Shown here piece after piece: positions 49,650 through 60,389 of a stretch of 64,000 nt of DNA. Each line of letters begins with the position of its first letter. The stretch's first letter is position 1. The position numbers were made by a program, and so were the translations under genes. The DNA is from an uncultured Cytophagaceae bacterium. Its GTDB lineage: Bacteria > Bacteroidota > Bacteroidia > Cytophagales > Spirosomataceae. A model generated the notes under the pieces. The model was not told the DNA's origin. It did not search any database and worked only from the letters and a program-made list of their open reading frames with translations. The stretch lies in the NCBI GenBank assembly GCA_903933935.1, contig CAIZMB010000106.1, forward strand, positions 590 through 64,589. Direction: 5' to 3'.

Positions 49650-50408
49650 TTGAATTTGAAAGTCTCCATCCTTACGGTCTCATATCAATCGGCTGCCACT
49701 CTTAGGCAGACCATAGAGAGCGTATTGGCCCAAGATTACCCGAATATAGAATATTGGGTTATTGATGGTGGATCTACCGATGGGAGTTTAGAAATTTTGA
49801 AATCTTTTGGTTCATCCATCCATTTTATTTCTGAAAAAGATGCGGGGATTTATGATGCGATGAATAAGGGTTTAAAATTAGTTCAAGGGGATGTCATCGG
49901 AATGATAGGCGCAGATGACTTTTATCCTTCTAACGATGTGATAAGCTCTGTAGTTTCTACATTTGAATCTAACCAAGTTGATGTAGTATATGGAGATAAG
50001 CAATATGTAAATCCTGAAAATCCACAAAAAATAGTTCGTTATTGGACTGCTGGTGCATATCAAGAAAAACAATGGCTTTACGGGTGGATGCCTCCGCATT
50101 TGTCTTTTTATATTAAAAAGTCTTCGGCAGATAAAAATGGTCCTTATAGAACAGATTTTACTTGTTCGGCAGATTACGAATGGATGCTCAGAGCATTGTA
50201 CATGAATAAAATGAAGGCTGTATATTTACCTAAGGTTTTGATGACCATGCGAAATGGGGGAACAAGTACGGCCTCGTTTAAGCACCGCCTCATTGCAAAT
50301 GCGGAAGATCGAAAAGCTTGGTCAGTGAATCATATAAATCCATATTTCTTTACCTTAGCTTTGAAGCCGTTGCGTAAGATTTTCCAATTATTTAAATCTA
50401 AGAAATGA
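49650..50408 (+). CDS. GT2 glycosyltransferase (WcaE/WfgS-like)
   Basis: IDGGSTDG, GIYDAMNKG, ADD, SADYEW; TATCTTTG element at 49631-49638. Confidence 0.92.
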   Translation: MNLKVSILTVSYQSAATLRQTIESVLAQDYPNIEYWVIDGGSTDGSLEILKSFGSSIHFISEKDAGIYDAMNKGLKLVQGDVIGMIGADDFYPSNDVISSVVSTFESNQVDVVYGDKQYVNPENPQKIVRYWTAGAYQEKQWLYGWMPPHLSFYIKKSSADKNGPYRTDFTCSADYEWMLRALYMNKMKAVYLPKVLMTMRNGGTSTASFKHRLIANAEDRKAWSVNHINPYFFTLALKPLRKIFQLFKSKK

Positions 50409-51178
50409 GAGTAGTATTATTGACACAGGACGATCCGTTTTTTTTACCAAAGGCAATTAAAAAATTACATGCGGGAATGCCTAAGGATATTGAATGGGTA
50501 GGTACCGTGCTTTTTGAAGTTTCCCCTTTTGGTAAAAGAGAATCATTTTTCGCCAAAATGAAAAAGACTTTGGATGTTTTTGGCCTAGAATTTTTCATTT
50601 ATTTTTCTCTCAAATTTATCAAATCAAAATTGACCCCCGGGCATTCGGTAAAGGCTGTTTTAAAGCAGGCGTCTATCCCATTATTTACCTTGGAGGGGTC
50701 TATAAATTCTCCAGAAAACTTAAAAATATTATCAGATCTTAAAGCGGATTTATTTGTGTCTATTGGCGGAAACCAAATATTTAAAAGAGCGCTATTGGAT
50801 ATTCCAACCCAAGGGACGATCAATCTTCATACGGCTTTATTGCCTAAGTATCGAGGTTTAATGCCTTCTTTTTGGGTATTAAAAAATCAAGAAAAATACA
50901 CGGGGGTTTCTGTATTTTTTGTGGATGAGGGCATTGATTCAGGGCCAATCGTCGTACAAAAGAAAGTGGAGATTGCGGGAAGAACTCAAGAGGAACTGAT
51001 TGAGTTTACGAAAGACTTGGGGATGGATTGTATCTTAGAATCGATGATTTTAATTCGAGACAAATCCTATACGCTAATTCCAAACCTCAAGGAGGAGTTA
51101 ACTTATTTTTCATTTCCTAGTCGGCAAGACGTACTTACTTTTAAAAAAAATGGAGCCCTATTTTTTAGGTGGATATAA
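50405..51178 (+). CDS. N10-formyl-THF-dependent formyltransferase (sugar N-formyltransferase-like)
   Basis: INLHTALLPKYRG, DEGIDSG. Confidence 0.85.
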   Translation: MRVVLLTQDDPFFLPKAIKKLHAGMPKDIEWVGTVLFEVSPFGKRESFFAKMKKTLDVFGLEFFIYFSLKFIKSKLTPGHSVKAVLKQASIPLFTLEGSINSPENLKILSDLKADLFVSIGGNQIFKRALLDIPTQGTINLHTALLPKYRGLMPSFWVLKNQEKYTGVSVFFVDEGIDSGPIVVQKKVEIAGRTQEELIEFTKDLGMDCILESMILIRDKSYTLIPNLKEELTYFSFPSRQDVLTFKKNGALFFRWI

Positions 51179-52027
51179 ATGACAATTTTAACTTTTGATA
51201 TCGAGGAGTGGTTTCATTTGTTAGATCATCCTAGCACCAGGACTGAGGAAGATTGGGCTAAATTTCCATCCAGGATTCATGAAAATGTAGATCGGATATT
51301 GGAAATGCTGAGTCGAAACAATCAAAAAGCGACTTTTTTTTGCTTAGGTTGGGTCGCCAGAAAATATCCAGAAATCATCAAAAAAATAGCTGAATCTGGC
51401 AATGAAATAGCCACACATTCTGATTTGCACCAATTAGCCTATCAACAAAATAAAATTGCTTTTGCAGAAGATTTGAAGCGTTCTATTGAGAGTTTAGAAG
51501 GCATTACTGGCAAGAAAATTAGAGCTTACCGTGCTCCAGGCTTCTCATTGATGGAATCAAATAAATGGGTATTTAGTGAATTGATCAAGCAAGGAATCGA
51601 AATAGATTGCTCGATATTTCCTGCGAAAAGAGCGCATGGTGGTTTTGCAAATTTTGGCCAACAAGAACCTTGTTGGGTTGATTTGGATGGTTTTAAACTC
51701 AAAGAATTCCCCATCAATGTTACTTCCATTGTGGGATTGCCTGTTATTTTTTCAGGAGGGGGTTATTTCAGATTATTGCCTGATGCCATTTTGGCTAAAC
51801 TTTGGGACCAGCAAAAATATGTAATGACTTATTTTCACCCTAGGGATTTTGATGCGGGCCAACCGATGATCCAGGATTTAAGTATGATTCGCAAGTTTAA
51901 ATCCTATTATGGCCTGTCGGGGGCATTATCTAAATTGGAACGACTGATGAACGGCCGAGAATTTATTGATTTAGTCGAAGCAGACCAAAAGGTAAACTGG
52001 GAAAAAGCCCGAACCGTATATTTATAA
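51179..52027 (+). CDS. NodB-type polysaccharide deacetylase (DUF3473-associated type)
   Basis: LTFDIEEWF, EIATHSDLH, YRAPGFS, GGGYFRL, YFHP.DFD. Confidence 0.88.
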   Translation: MTILTFDIEEWFHLLDHPSTRTEEDWAKFPSRIHENVDRILEMLSRNNQKATFFCLGWVARKYPEIIKKIAESGNEIATHSDLHQLAYQQNKIAFAEDLKRSIESLEGITGKKIRAYRAPGFSLMESNKWVFSELIKQGIEIDCSIFPAKRAHGGFANFGQQEPCWVDLDGFKLKEFPINVTSIVGLPVIFSGGGYFRLLPDAILAKLWDQQKYVMTYFHPRDFDAGQPMIQDLSMIRKFKSYYGLSGALSKLERLMNGREFIDLVEADQKVNWEKARTVYL

Positions 52028-52056
52028 AAAAAGCCTTCATTTCTGAAAGCTTTTTT
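52026..52056. terminator. Bidirectional terminator between the deacetylase gene and rpsJ
   Basis: AAAAAAAGC.TTCA-tttc-TGAA.GCTTTTTT imperfect hairpin. Confidence 0.7.
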
Positions 52057-52079
52057 ATATGTCTAAAGTTTTAAAGTCC

Positions 52080-52385
52080 TTAAACTTTGATTTCTACGTC
52101 TACTCCTGATGGCAATTCTAATTTCATCAATGCATCTACTGTTTTTGCAGATGATGAAAAGATGTCAATTAAACGCTTGTAAGTACACAATTGAAATTGC
52201 TCACGCGCTTTTTTGTTAACGTGTGGAGATCTTAAAACAGTGAATTTTTCGATTTTTGTTGGCAATGGAATCGGGCCAGAAACAACAGCACCCGTAGCTT
52301 TAACAGCTTTTACAATTTTCTCCGCTGATTTGTCCACTAACGTGTGATCAAATGATTTCAGCTTAATTCGAATTTTTTGATTCAT
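52080..52385 (-). CDS. rpsJ: 30S ribosomal protein S10 (NusE), 101 aa; ORF track start 52442
   Basis: [34 protein letters not shown]. Confidence 0.98.
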   Translation of the reverse strand: MNQKIRIKLKSFDHTLVDKSAEKIVKAVKATGAVVSGPIPLPTKIEKFTVLRSPHVNKKAREQFQLCTYKRLIDIFSSSAKTVDALMKLELPSGVDVEIKV

Positions 52386-52455
52386 ATAATTTGGTTCATT
52401 AAGTGAATGAATAACGAAAGAACCATTAACTCCGTTAGACATGGTAATTGTGCTG

Positions 52456-52463
52456 CAAATATA
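52456..52463 (-). promoter_or_regulatory. -7 promoter element of rpsJ
   Basis: TATATTTG(CA) on the minus strand, ~70 nt before the ATG. Confidence 0.7.
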
Positions 52464-52491
52464 GGCGGATTAATCCTGATTCCCAAATAAT

Positions 52492-54669
52492 TCAAAACTT
52501 TTGTCTCTGAATTGCTGCCGCCAACTGGCTTTCAAATGGCTTTATATTTACCTTGAACATTTCAGGTTTTAATTTTTTTAATGAATTCATGGCTTCTTTG
52601 GCGTACTCGATTTCCCCTATTTCTAATGCCTGGAATGCGTAAAGTGGATAAAAATCGGGTACTTCTTTGTTCCATCGCAATGCAGCTAAACTAGCATCAT
52701 ATGCTTCTTTTTTACTTAGAAATGGAATCGCATTGTGTAAGGTATTTAATTGGAAAGGATATTTTTTCACGGCCGACTTAGCCTCCGATTTATTTGAAAT
52801 TTTTGGACTTGTGACGGGAATCAAAGATGCTTCATGCCAAAAATCAAGTAAAGATTGAAGACCTTCTGTTTGATCAATGGGTTGAACATCTATGTATAGC
52901 GCGATTTTTTCCAAGGAACTTAATGGGTCCTCGTGAAAATAATCTTGCATCGCCTCGGCTAATTTGATTTCTGGAAATAGGGATAAAATTTTTGTGTCCT
53001 TGGCCATTTCGTGAATGGGTAGTAGGTTTTGTATATTCTTGAAGTATGGAATAGAATTGTAAATCATTGCTAGATCCCTGACATCTGCTCTTGGCTTGAA
53101 GGAGCTTTCTACAGACTTTGAACCTACTCGTTGATTTCTTAGAATGCCTATAGCCCATAAATTCGCTAAAATAGCAGGATCTTGGGTAGCTTGTTCCGTA
53201 TCAGGCAAGGTTATATTTTTATTGTTTTTGGCTATTGCGTAAAGAAAATTAGCCTTTGCTAAAGTAGATTCTGGAGCTAACTCAAAAGCTTTTCGATGAT
53301 AATAAACGGAGGAATCTAATTGATTTAATTTTTCAAAAGTATGAGCTAATTGGGTTATGATTTCAATGCTTTCAGGCATTTTCTGATGAGCGTTTTGTAA
53401 GGCAAATAAAGATTCGAATAGATGATTTTCATTCAGATAAATATTGCTCAGTGCAACGGCAATTTTTTCATTAGGGAATTTTACCTGGCTTGTCGACAAA
53501 TAATAGGCTAATGCCTCTATCTTATTTTCTTGATATGCGATGCGGGCTAAACTGGTATTGCTTTTGGCGTTAAGTTTACTGTGAATCAAACCTTGTTTAT
53601 AGTGGATCTCAGCCAAAAAAGGATCCTTTAAAATTTGCGCTAATTCTCCATCGGCATTGTATTTTGCCGCTGTGATTTGGTGGTAAGCACCTCCATTTAA
53701 AGCAAAAACAAAAGCGGAGCCTAAAATCAAAACCCCAATAAATAAAATATAGGTAGGTAGGAATTGGGGTTTGTCAACTACCTTATAAATCGGTAAATTT
53801 AGCTTGATCAATTCATTGAAATTTCTTAAGATAAACAATGGAAACAAAACCAATATGATTATTTGGCATATTAAGCCCCAAGTTTCTAAAGCCCTAATAC
53901 CAGGATCATTAGAAGTGTACAACATTAATAAGGCAGTTGACAAGCTTAAAAAGGCTAAACCCATAAACATTGAAGTATCCTCCTGTTTTTTATACTTTTG
54001 AAAAAGACCTAGAAAAATGCTTGAAATCCAAAAAACAAAACTGGGGATATAGGTTTTTGTCTGAAAATTATAAATCAAATGGCCAAAACTTAAAATTAGG
54101 TTCACGGCATAAAAACCAAAAAGAATTAGCCATTTTTTTTGACTTTCTTTTTTAGTTGACGAATATCCCAATTGTAATAAAAAGAGGCATATAGTATTGG
54201 AAAAAAAAATAGTTAGTAAAAATAAGCTAATAATTCCAAGCCAAATCCATTGGGAAAAGAGCACTTCATAAAACGTTTCAATGGGCTGTTCGGCATTTTT
54301 GACTAATATGATGGCCAACCAAAGCAAAATTCCTGACAAGATAAATAGCCAAGATATGTTTGACCATTTTTTGAAACTTATGATTAGATAGGTAATTCCG
54401 ATAAAAGAAAAAATGAAAAAAAGTATAAAAGGGATCGCGGATAGCTCAACAGGGAAAAACACGTAATGTTGCCGAATTAAAAAAAGGGTGGAGCTTAATT
54501 GGCCCAATGAATTTTGGTCTATAACTCCTTGAACTGGAATTAATTCACTGGCAATTTGAGTATTAAAAACAGGTACTCCATCTATAAAAAAAAAGCTTAG
54601 ACATGCGATTCCGATGCATGTTAAAAGGAGAAAAACCCAAGTATTAAATGTGAATTGTTGTTTGCTCAA
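52492..54669 (-). CDS. Hypothetical polytopic membrane protein with a TPR-like C-terminal half (TTG start)
   Basis: About 10 hydrophobic segments in the first ~330 aa, then helical repeats (AEIHYKQG, SVYYHRKAFEL). Confidence 0.7.
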   Translation of the reverse strand: MSKQQFTFNTWVFLLLTCIGIACLSFFFIDGVPVFNTQIASELIPVQGVIDQNSLGQLSSTLFLIRQHYVFFPVELSAIPFILFFIFSFIGITYLIISFKKWSNISWLFILSGILLWLAIILVKNAEQPIETFYEVLFSQWIWLGIISLFLLTIFFSNTICLFLLQLGYSSTKKESQKKWLILFGFYAVNLILSFGHLIYNFQTKTYIPSFVFWISSIFLGLFQKYKKQEDTSMFMGLAFLSLSTALLMLYTSNDPGIRALETWGLICQIIILVLFPLFILRNFNELIKLNLPIYKVVDKPQFLPTYILFIGVLILGSAFVFALNGGAYHQITAAKYNADGELAQILKDPFLAEIHYKQGLIHSKLNAKSNTSLARIAYQENKIEALAYYLSTSQVKFPNEKIAVALSNIYLNENHLFESLFALQNAHQKMPESIEIITQLAHTFEKLNQLDSSVYYHRKAFELAPESTLAKANFLYAIAKNNKNITLPDTEQATQDPAILANLWAIGILRNQRVGSKSVESSFKPRADVRDLAMIYNSIPYFKNIQNLLPIHEMAKDTKILSLFPEIKLAEAMQDYFHEDPLSSLEKIALYIDVQPIDQTEGLQSLLDFWHEASLIPVTSPKISNKSEAKSAVKKYPFQLNTLHNAIPFLSKKEAYDASLAALRWNKEVPDFYPLYAFQALEIGEIEYAKEAMNSLKKLKPEMFKVNIKPFESQLAAAIQRQKF

Positions 54670-54807
54670 TGATTTAATTTAAGATAATGTGCAATTTGAA
54701 ATTTAAATTTCAGTATAAACTTTAATTCATTCAAAGAAATAGGCCGATTTTGTATAAAAATAGCAAAAAAATCCAAACGGGAGTTTTGGTAATTGGAATT
54801 TACAGAC

Positions 54808-54815
54808 TAATTTTG
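54808..54815 (+). promoter_or_regulatory. atpD promoter -7 element, with TTTG -33 element at 54785-54788
   Basis: TTTG-N19-TAATTTTG. Confidence 0.7.
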
Positions 54816-54876
54816 CATTCCGAATGTACAAGGCATTCAGGTAGATGTCAAACATTAGTTTTTAGCTAATCATTAA

Positions 54877-56406
<1,530 letters not shown>

Positions 56407-56412
56407 AAAAAA

Positions 56413-56643
56413 ATGTATTTAGAAATTATAACTCCTGATCGTAAAGTATTTGCTGGCGAAGCTTCCGTTGTAACACTTCCAGGTGTAGATGGGTCGTTTC
56501 AAATTTTAAATGATCATGCTGCGATTGTAAGTACTTTACAAAAGGGCGAACTTGTCGCAGACAAACAAGCTTTTCAGATTGAGGGTGGGGTGGTTGAAGT
56601 TTTAAATAACAAAGTTTTAGTTTTGGCAGAAGGAGTTCAATAA
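56413..56643 (+). CDS. atpC: F1 ATP synthase epsilon subunit, short form (N-terminal domain only)
   Basis: LEIITPD, LPGVDGSFQILNDHA, GGVVEV. Confidence 0.93.
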   Translation: MYLEIITPDRKVFAGEASVVTLPGVDGSFQILNDHAAIVSTLQKGELVADKQAFQIEGGVVEVLNNKVLVLAEGVQ

Positions 56644-56646
56644 ACT

Positions 56647-57183
56647 ATGAGGGCACTTGGATTTTTGTTTTTGGTCGTTCTTTCTTTAAGTTCTTGTTCT
56701 GAGAAGACGCAATTGACAGGATCGTTGATGACTTTAATCAAGGAAAATCAATTGCCTTTAGAGAAAATCCAATTTTACAATGATAATCCTTTGTTTCTTG
56801 AACGTGAATTAAACGCTTCTGAGGCAAATATCAAATCTGGAAAAGTCCTCATTGTCAATGGCAAATCCATTAATCGAATTACACTAGAGAAACAGACACC
56901 TGGACTTTTGATTAAGCAGTCCCAAGATCATTTGCTTATTTCTTTTGAGGCGGGTGCTGGCGAGGCAAAAAGCTTACATTTTGCCCCTATTTTAGGTGAA
57001 AAAGGAGAATATTTTTATCAATTAGTCGATGAGTCTGGTAGCACCACGTTTAGCCGACTAATGTATGATGGGAATAAATATTTGCTGTATAATAAATCAA
57101 AAATTAGATTAGAGATCATGAAGTCGTCCTTTTCGGGCTTAAAAGTTAATAGCAAAAGGATGAAAGGGAATCGAGTTCAATAA
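56647..57183 (+). CDS. Hypothetical lipoprotein
   Basis: Lipobox LSSC; IQFYND..L.L.R. Confidence 0.7.
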   Translation: MRALGFLFLVVLSLSSCSEKTQLTGSLMTLIKENQLPLEKIQFYNDNPLFLERELNASEANIKSGKVLIVNGKSINRITLEKQTPGLLIKQSQDHLLISFEAGAGEAKSLHFAPILGEKGEYFYQLVDESGSTTFSRLMYDGNKYLLYNKSKIRLEIMKSSFSGLKVNSKRMKGNRVQ

Positions 57184-57203
57184 AATCAAAAATACTGAAT
57201 TGT

Positions 57204-57234
57204 AAAATAGGATGCTTGCATCCTATTTTTTTTT
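57204..57234 (+). terminator. Terminator after atpDC and the lipoprotein gene
   Basis: AAAATAGGATG-cttg-CATCCTATTTT followed by a T-run. Confidence 0.8.
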
Positions 57235-57251
57235 GACCCAAATTTACAATT

Positions 57252-57268
57252 AGTATGCTAAACATACT
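57252..57268. promoter_or_regulatory. Candidate MarR autoregulatory operator
   Basis: AGTATG-N5-CATACT inverted repeat ending 4 nt before ATG 57273. Confidence 0.55.
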
Positions 57269-57272
57269 TTCT

Positions 57273-57731
57273 ATGAAAGCAGAGAATACGGTCGATTTTC
57301 AGATTAAAACGGGTTGGAATGCGATTAGCAGGATGTATAATACCTACGCTGCGCAATTTGATATGACGATGGCTATTGGCTATGCTTTATTGCATATCGA
57401 TAAAGATGGAACTTCGGCTACTAAAATTGCACCTGCTTTAGGCCTAGAGTCTAGAAGTTTGACCCGCATGTTAAAAACATTGGAAGACAAAAAATGGATT
57501 CGTCGGGAGGCGAATTTTAAAGACAAGCGAGTAGTGAAAATCTTCTTGACAGAATTGGGCAAGAAAAAGAGAGATCAAGCGCGTCAAGGCGTTATCCTAT
57601 TTAATGAAATCGTATATGAAAGACTTGGTAAAGAAAAACTGGAACATTTTTTTGAAGTAATGGAATCAATTAATTCATTATTAGATGAGGATACCGAAAA
57701 AATTTTAGAAAGATTGAATCATAAATTGTGA
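57273..57731 (+). CDS. MarR-family regulator; likely start 57273, ORF track 57255
   Basis: wHTH: SLTRMLKTLEDKKWIRR, DKR...IFLTELG. Confidence 0.9.
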   Translation: MKAENTVDFQIKTGWNAISRMYNTYAAQFDMTMAIGYALLHIDKDGTSATKIAPALGLESRSLTRMLKTLEDKKWIRREANFKDKRVVKIFLTELGKKKRDQARQGVILFNEIVYERLGKEKLEHFFEVMESINSLLDEDTEKILERLNHKL

Positions 57732-57886
57732 TTTTAATATCTTGACACCTTACTACCGATGAATAAAAATGGCCTTATTTTGTAATTTTTTTTGAATTAA
57801 GGATAGTTTTTGTGTTATAGATTTATATTTTTGCACTATTGTTAATTATTAAAGAATATTCTAAACTACATAATTAAAAAATTACC

Positions 57887-58786
57887 ATGAAAAAATTACT
57901 TTTGGTACTTGCGTTAATGCCTTTCTTTTTTTCTTGTTCTAGCAAAAAGAAAATGGCTGACTTACAGTCACGTTTGACAGAATTACAAACTAGTAGTGAT
58001 CAGGCTTTAGCTAAGGCGAAGGCAAATTTAGTTGATTGCCAATCTTTAACAGCTAGCCTTCAGGGAGAAATCAAGAAAAGAGATTTGGATCTTGAGGCAA
58101 AAAACAATCAGTTGAAATCCGTTCAAGAGCAATTGGATTACATGAAAAAAACAAATACTAATTTGTTGGATCGTTTATCTGATCTATCTGTAATAAACAA
58201 ATCGGGTGCTGAAAGCATTCGTAAATCTTTGGAGGCCTTAAATGATCAAGGTAAATACATCAAAGATTTGAATTCATCAATGCAACGTAAAGACAGCATC
58301 AATCTTTCATTAGTAATGAATTTAAAGCGTTCATTGGCTGATATTAATGATGATGATGTAACAGTTGAAGTTAAAAAGGGAGTTGTTTACATCTCAATTT
58401 CTGATAAATTGATGTTCGCTTCTGGTAGCGCTATTGTAAACGCTAAAGCTGAATCTGTTTTGGCTAAAGTAGCTAAGGTAGTGAATGACCACAAGGACTT
58501 AGATATTTTAGTAGAAGGTCATACAGATGCTGTGCCAATCTCAACAGATTGTATTAAAGATAACTGGGACTTAAGTGCTAAGCGTGCTACTTCAGTTGTT
58601 CGTTTATTGCAAACTAAGTTCTCTGTTGATCCTGAGCGCATGACTGCAGGGGGTCGTGGTGAATTTGAGCCTCAATCAGAAAACAAAAGCCGTTCAGGAC
58701 GTAAATTAAATCGTCGTACTGAGATTATTGTTACTCCTAAATTGGATCAATTCTTTAACTTACTTTCTGCGCCTAGCGGTAAGTAA
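57887..58786 (+). CDS. OmpA/MotB-family peptidoglycan-binding lipoprotein with coiled coil
   Basis: Lipobox FFSC, coiled coil, EGHTD, NWDLSAKRA, NRRTEI; TATTTTTG element at 57826-57833. Confidence 0.9.
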   Translation: MKKLLLVLALMPFFFSCSSKKKMADLQSRLTELQTSSDQALAKAKANLVDCQSLTASLQGEIKKRDLDLEAKNNQLKSVQEQLDYMKKTNTNLLDRLSDLSVINKSGAESIRKSLEALNDQGKYIKDLNSSMQRKDSINLSLVMNLKRSLADINDDDVTVEVKKGVVYISISDKLMFASGSAIVNAKAESVLAKVAKVVNDHKDLDILVEGHTDAVPISTDCIKDNWDLSAKRATSVVRLLQTKFSVDPERMTAGGRGEFEPQSENKSRSGRKLNRRTEIIVTPKLDQFFNLLSAPSGK

Positions 58787-58805
58787 TCTTAATTAGAGAT
58801 AAAAT

Positions 58806-58834
58806 AAAAAAGGGCCTTTTTTGGCCCTTTTTTT
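58806..58834. terminator. Bidirectional terminator
   Basis: AAAAAAGGGCC-T6-GGCCCTTTTTTT. Confidence 0.88.
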
Positions 58835-59147
58835 ATGATAATTTTTGCTTAACGTAGGCTAGTTTTCGCCGTGACACTGGCAACTTATTGCCTAATGATG
58901 TAGTAATTTGGGTGAAATTTGAGGTATTGTCAGCAGAGATATTTTCTTGATTTACCAAAAAAGATTTATGAATTCGAATGAATTTATGCATTCTAAAATG
59001 AGATTCAAATTTTTTTAACGTCTTGGCTATATAAACTTCTTTTTTAGTAGCTAAATAGACCAAACTATAATTACCCTTTCCTTCAATATATACGATGTCT
59101 TTAATTGGACAATTTACAATTCCTGGTAATTTTATCTCCGTTCTCAT
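58833..59147 (-). CDS. Stand-alone LytTR DNA-binding domain protein
   Basis: IVYIEGKGNYS, FIRIHKSFLVN, LPVSRRK; no receiver domain. Confidence 0.88.
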   Translation of the reverse strand: MRTEIKLPGIVNCPIKDIVYIEGKGNYSLVYLATKKEVYIAKTLKKFESHFRMHKFIRIHKSFLVNQENISADNTSNFTQITTSLGNKLPVSRRKLAYVKQKLS

Positions 59148-59269
59148 TTTTAATTTTTAGATTTTTTTAATCAATAAACCTAAGAAAATGTAATTCAGAA
59201 ATACCAAATGAATTATTTAAAGGTAAATTATTTATTAAACGGCATTTGATTTAGGGTATATGTGTATAA

Positions 59270-59298
59270 AAAAAAGGTCTTCGAAGAAGACCTTTTTT
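59270..59298 (-). terminator. Terminator after the tRNA
   Basis: AAAAAAGGTCTTC-gaa-GAAGACCTTTTTT. Confidence 0.85.
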
Positions 59299-59302
59299 AG
59301 TG

Positions 59303-59375
<73 letters not shown>

Positions 59376-59474
59376 ATATAATTGGAGTGCAAAGGTGCAG
59401 TGTTTTTCGCATAAAAACAAGTATCTTTGTTAAAATTTACAATCCCACCCTTTTTTGGGCAGTACAAAAAAAAT

Positions 59475-60377
59475 ATGGCCCAGCAGCATAAAGCAGGTTT
59501 TATTAGTATTATTGGAAAACCCAATGTTGGCAAAAGCACTTTAATGAATGCTTTGGTTGGAGAACGTCTGTCTATTGTTAGTTCTAAGGCTCAAACTACC
59601 CGACATAGGATTTTAGGAATGCTAAATGGCGTGCTGGGAGATGATGAATATCAAATCGTATATTCAGATACTCCGGGTGTTTTAATGCCTAAATATGAGC
59701 TACATAAGTCGATGATGGCATTTGTTCGAAGTTCTTTAGAAGATGCCGATGTTGTTTTATATGTAACGGATGTTTTTGATTCGTATGAAGATTTAGATTT
59801 TTTGACTAATTGGAAAGATCACACGGAGACTCCCATTTTAGTTTTGATTAATAAAATTGACTTGGTTGATGCCGAAAAACTTCAGGTTTGCTTGGATTAT
59901 TGGAAGGAAATTTTCCCTGGAAAGGTTATTTTACCTATTTCAGCTTTAGAAGGAGTACACTTAGATCAAATATTTAAACATATCGTTGAGAAGTTACCTG
60001 TTCATCCTCCATTTTTTGATAAGGATGAATTGACAGATAAGCCTGAGCGGTTTTTTGCTTCAGAGATTATTCGGGAGAAGATTTTTTTAAATTATAAAAA
60101 AGAGATTCCATATTCGTGCGAGGTGGTGGTCACTTCTTTTAAGGAGGAGGAAACTATTATTCGCATCGCTTCAGAAATTTATGTTGAGCGTGTGTCCCAG
60201 CGTGCCATTTTAATAGGTCATAAGGGGGAAAGTATTAAAAAAGTAGGTATTCAAGCTCGAGCTGAGTTGGAGAAGTTTTTTGGTAAACATGTATTTTTAG
60301 AGCAATTTGTTAAAGTTGAGCCAGATTGGCGGGGAAAGGCAGACAAATTGCGTTCATTCGGGTATGCACTCGATTAA
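59475..60377 (+). CDS. era: GTPase Era; likely start 59475
   Basis: GKPNVGKST, QTTR, DTPG, NKID, KH domain; TATCTTTG element at 59422-59429. Confidence 0.97.
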   Translation: MAQQHKAGFISIIGKPNVGKSTLMNALVGERLSIVSSKAQTTRHRILGMLNGVLGDDEYQIVYSDTPGVLMPKYELHKSMMAFVRSSLEDADVVLYVTDVFDSYEDLDFLTNWKDHTETPILVLINKIDLVDAEKLQVCLDYWKEIFPGKVILPISALEGVHLDQIFKHIVEKLPVHPPFFDKDELTDKPERFFASEIIREKIFLNYKKEIPYSCEVVVTSFKEEETIIRIASEIYVERVSQRAILIGHKGESIKKVGIQARAELEKFFGKHVFLEQFVKVEPDWRGKADKLRSFGYALD

Positions 60378-60389
60378 TTAATTAATAAA

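Noticed and set aside
52386-52442. 19-aa N-terminal extension of S10 given by the ORF track
   Set aside because: The conserved protein starts at MNQKIR (52385); the upstream part fits a 5' UTR after the -7 element.
57887-58786. Flagellar MotB call
   Set aside because: It has a lipoprotein signal rather than the MotB TM Asp motif, and no motA or flagellar genes are present.
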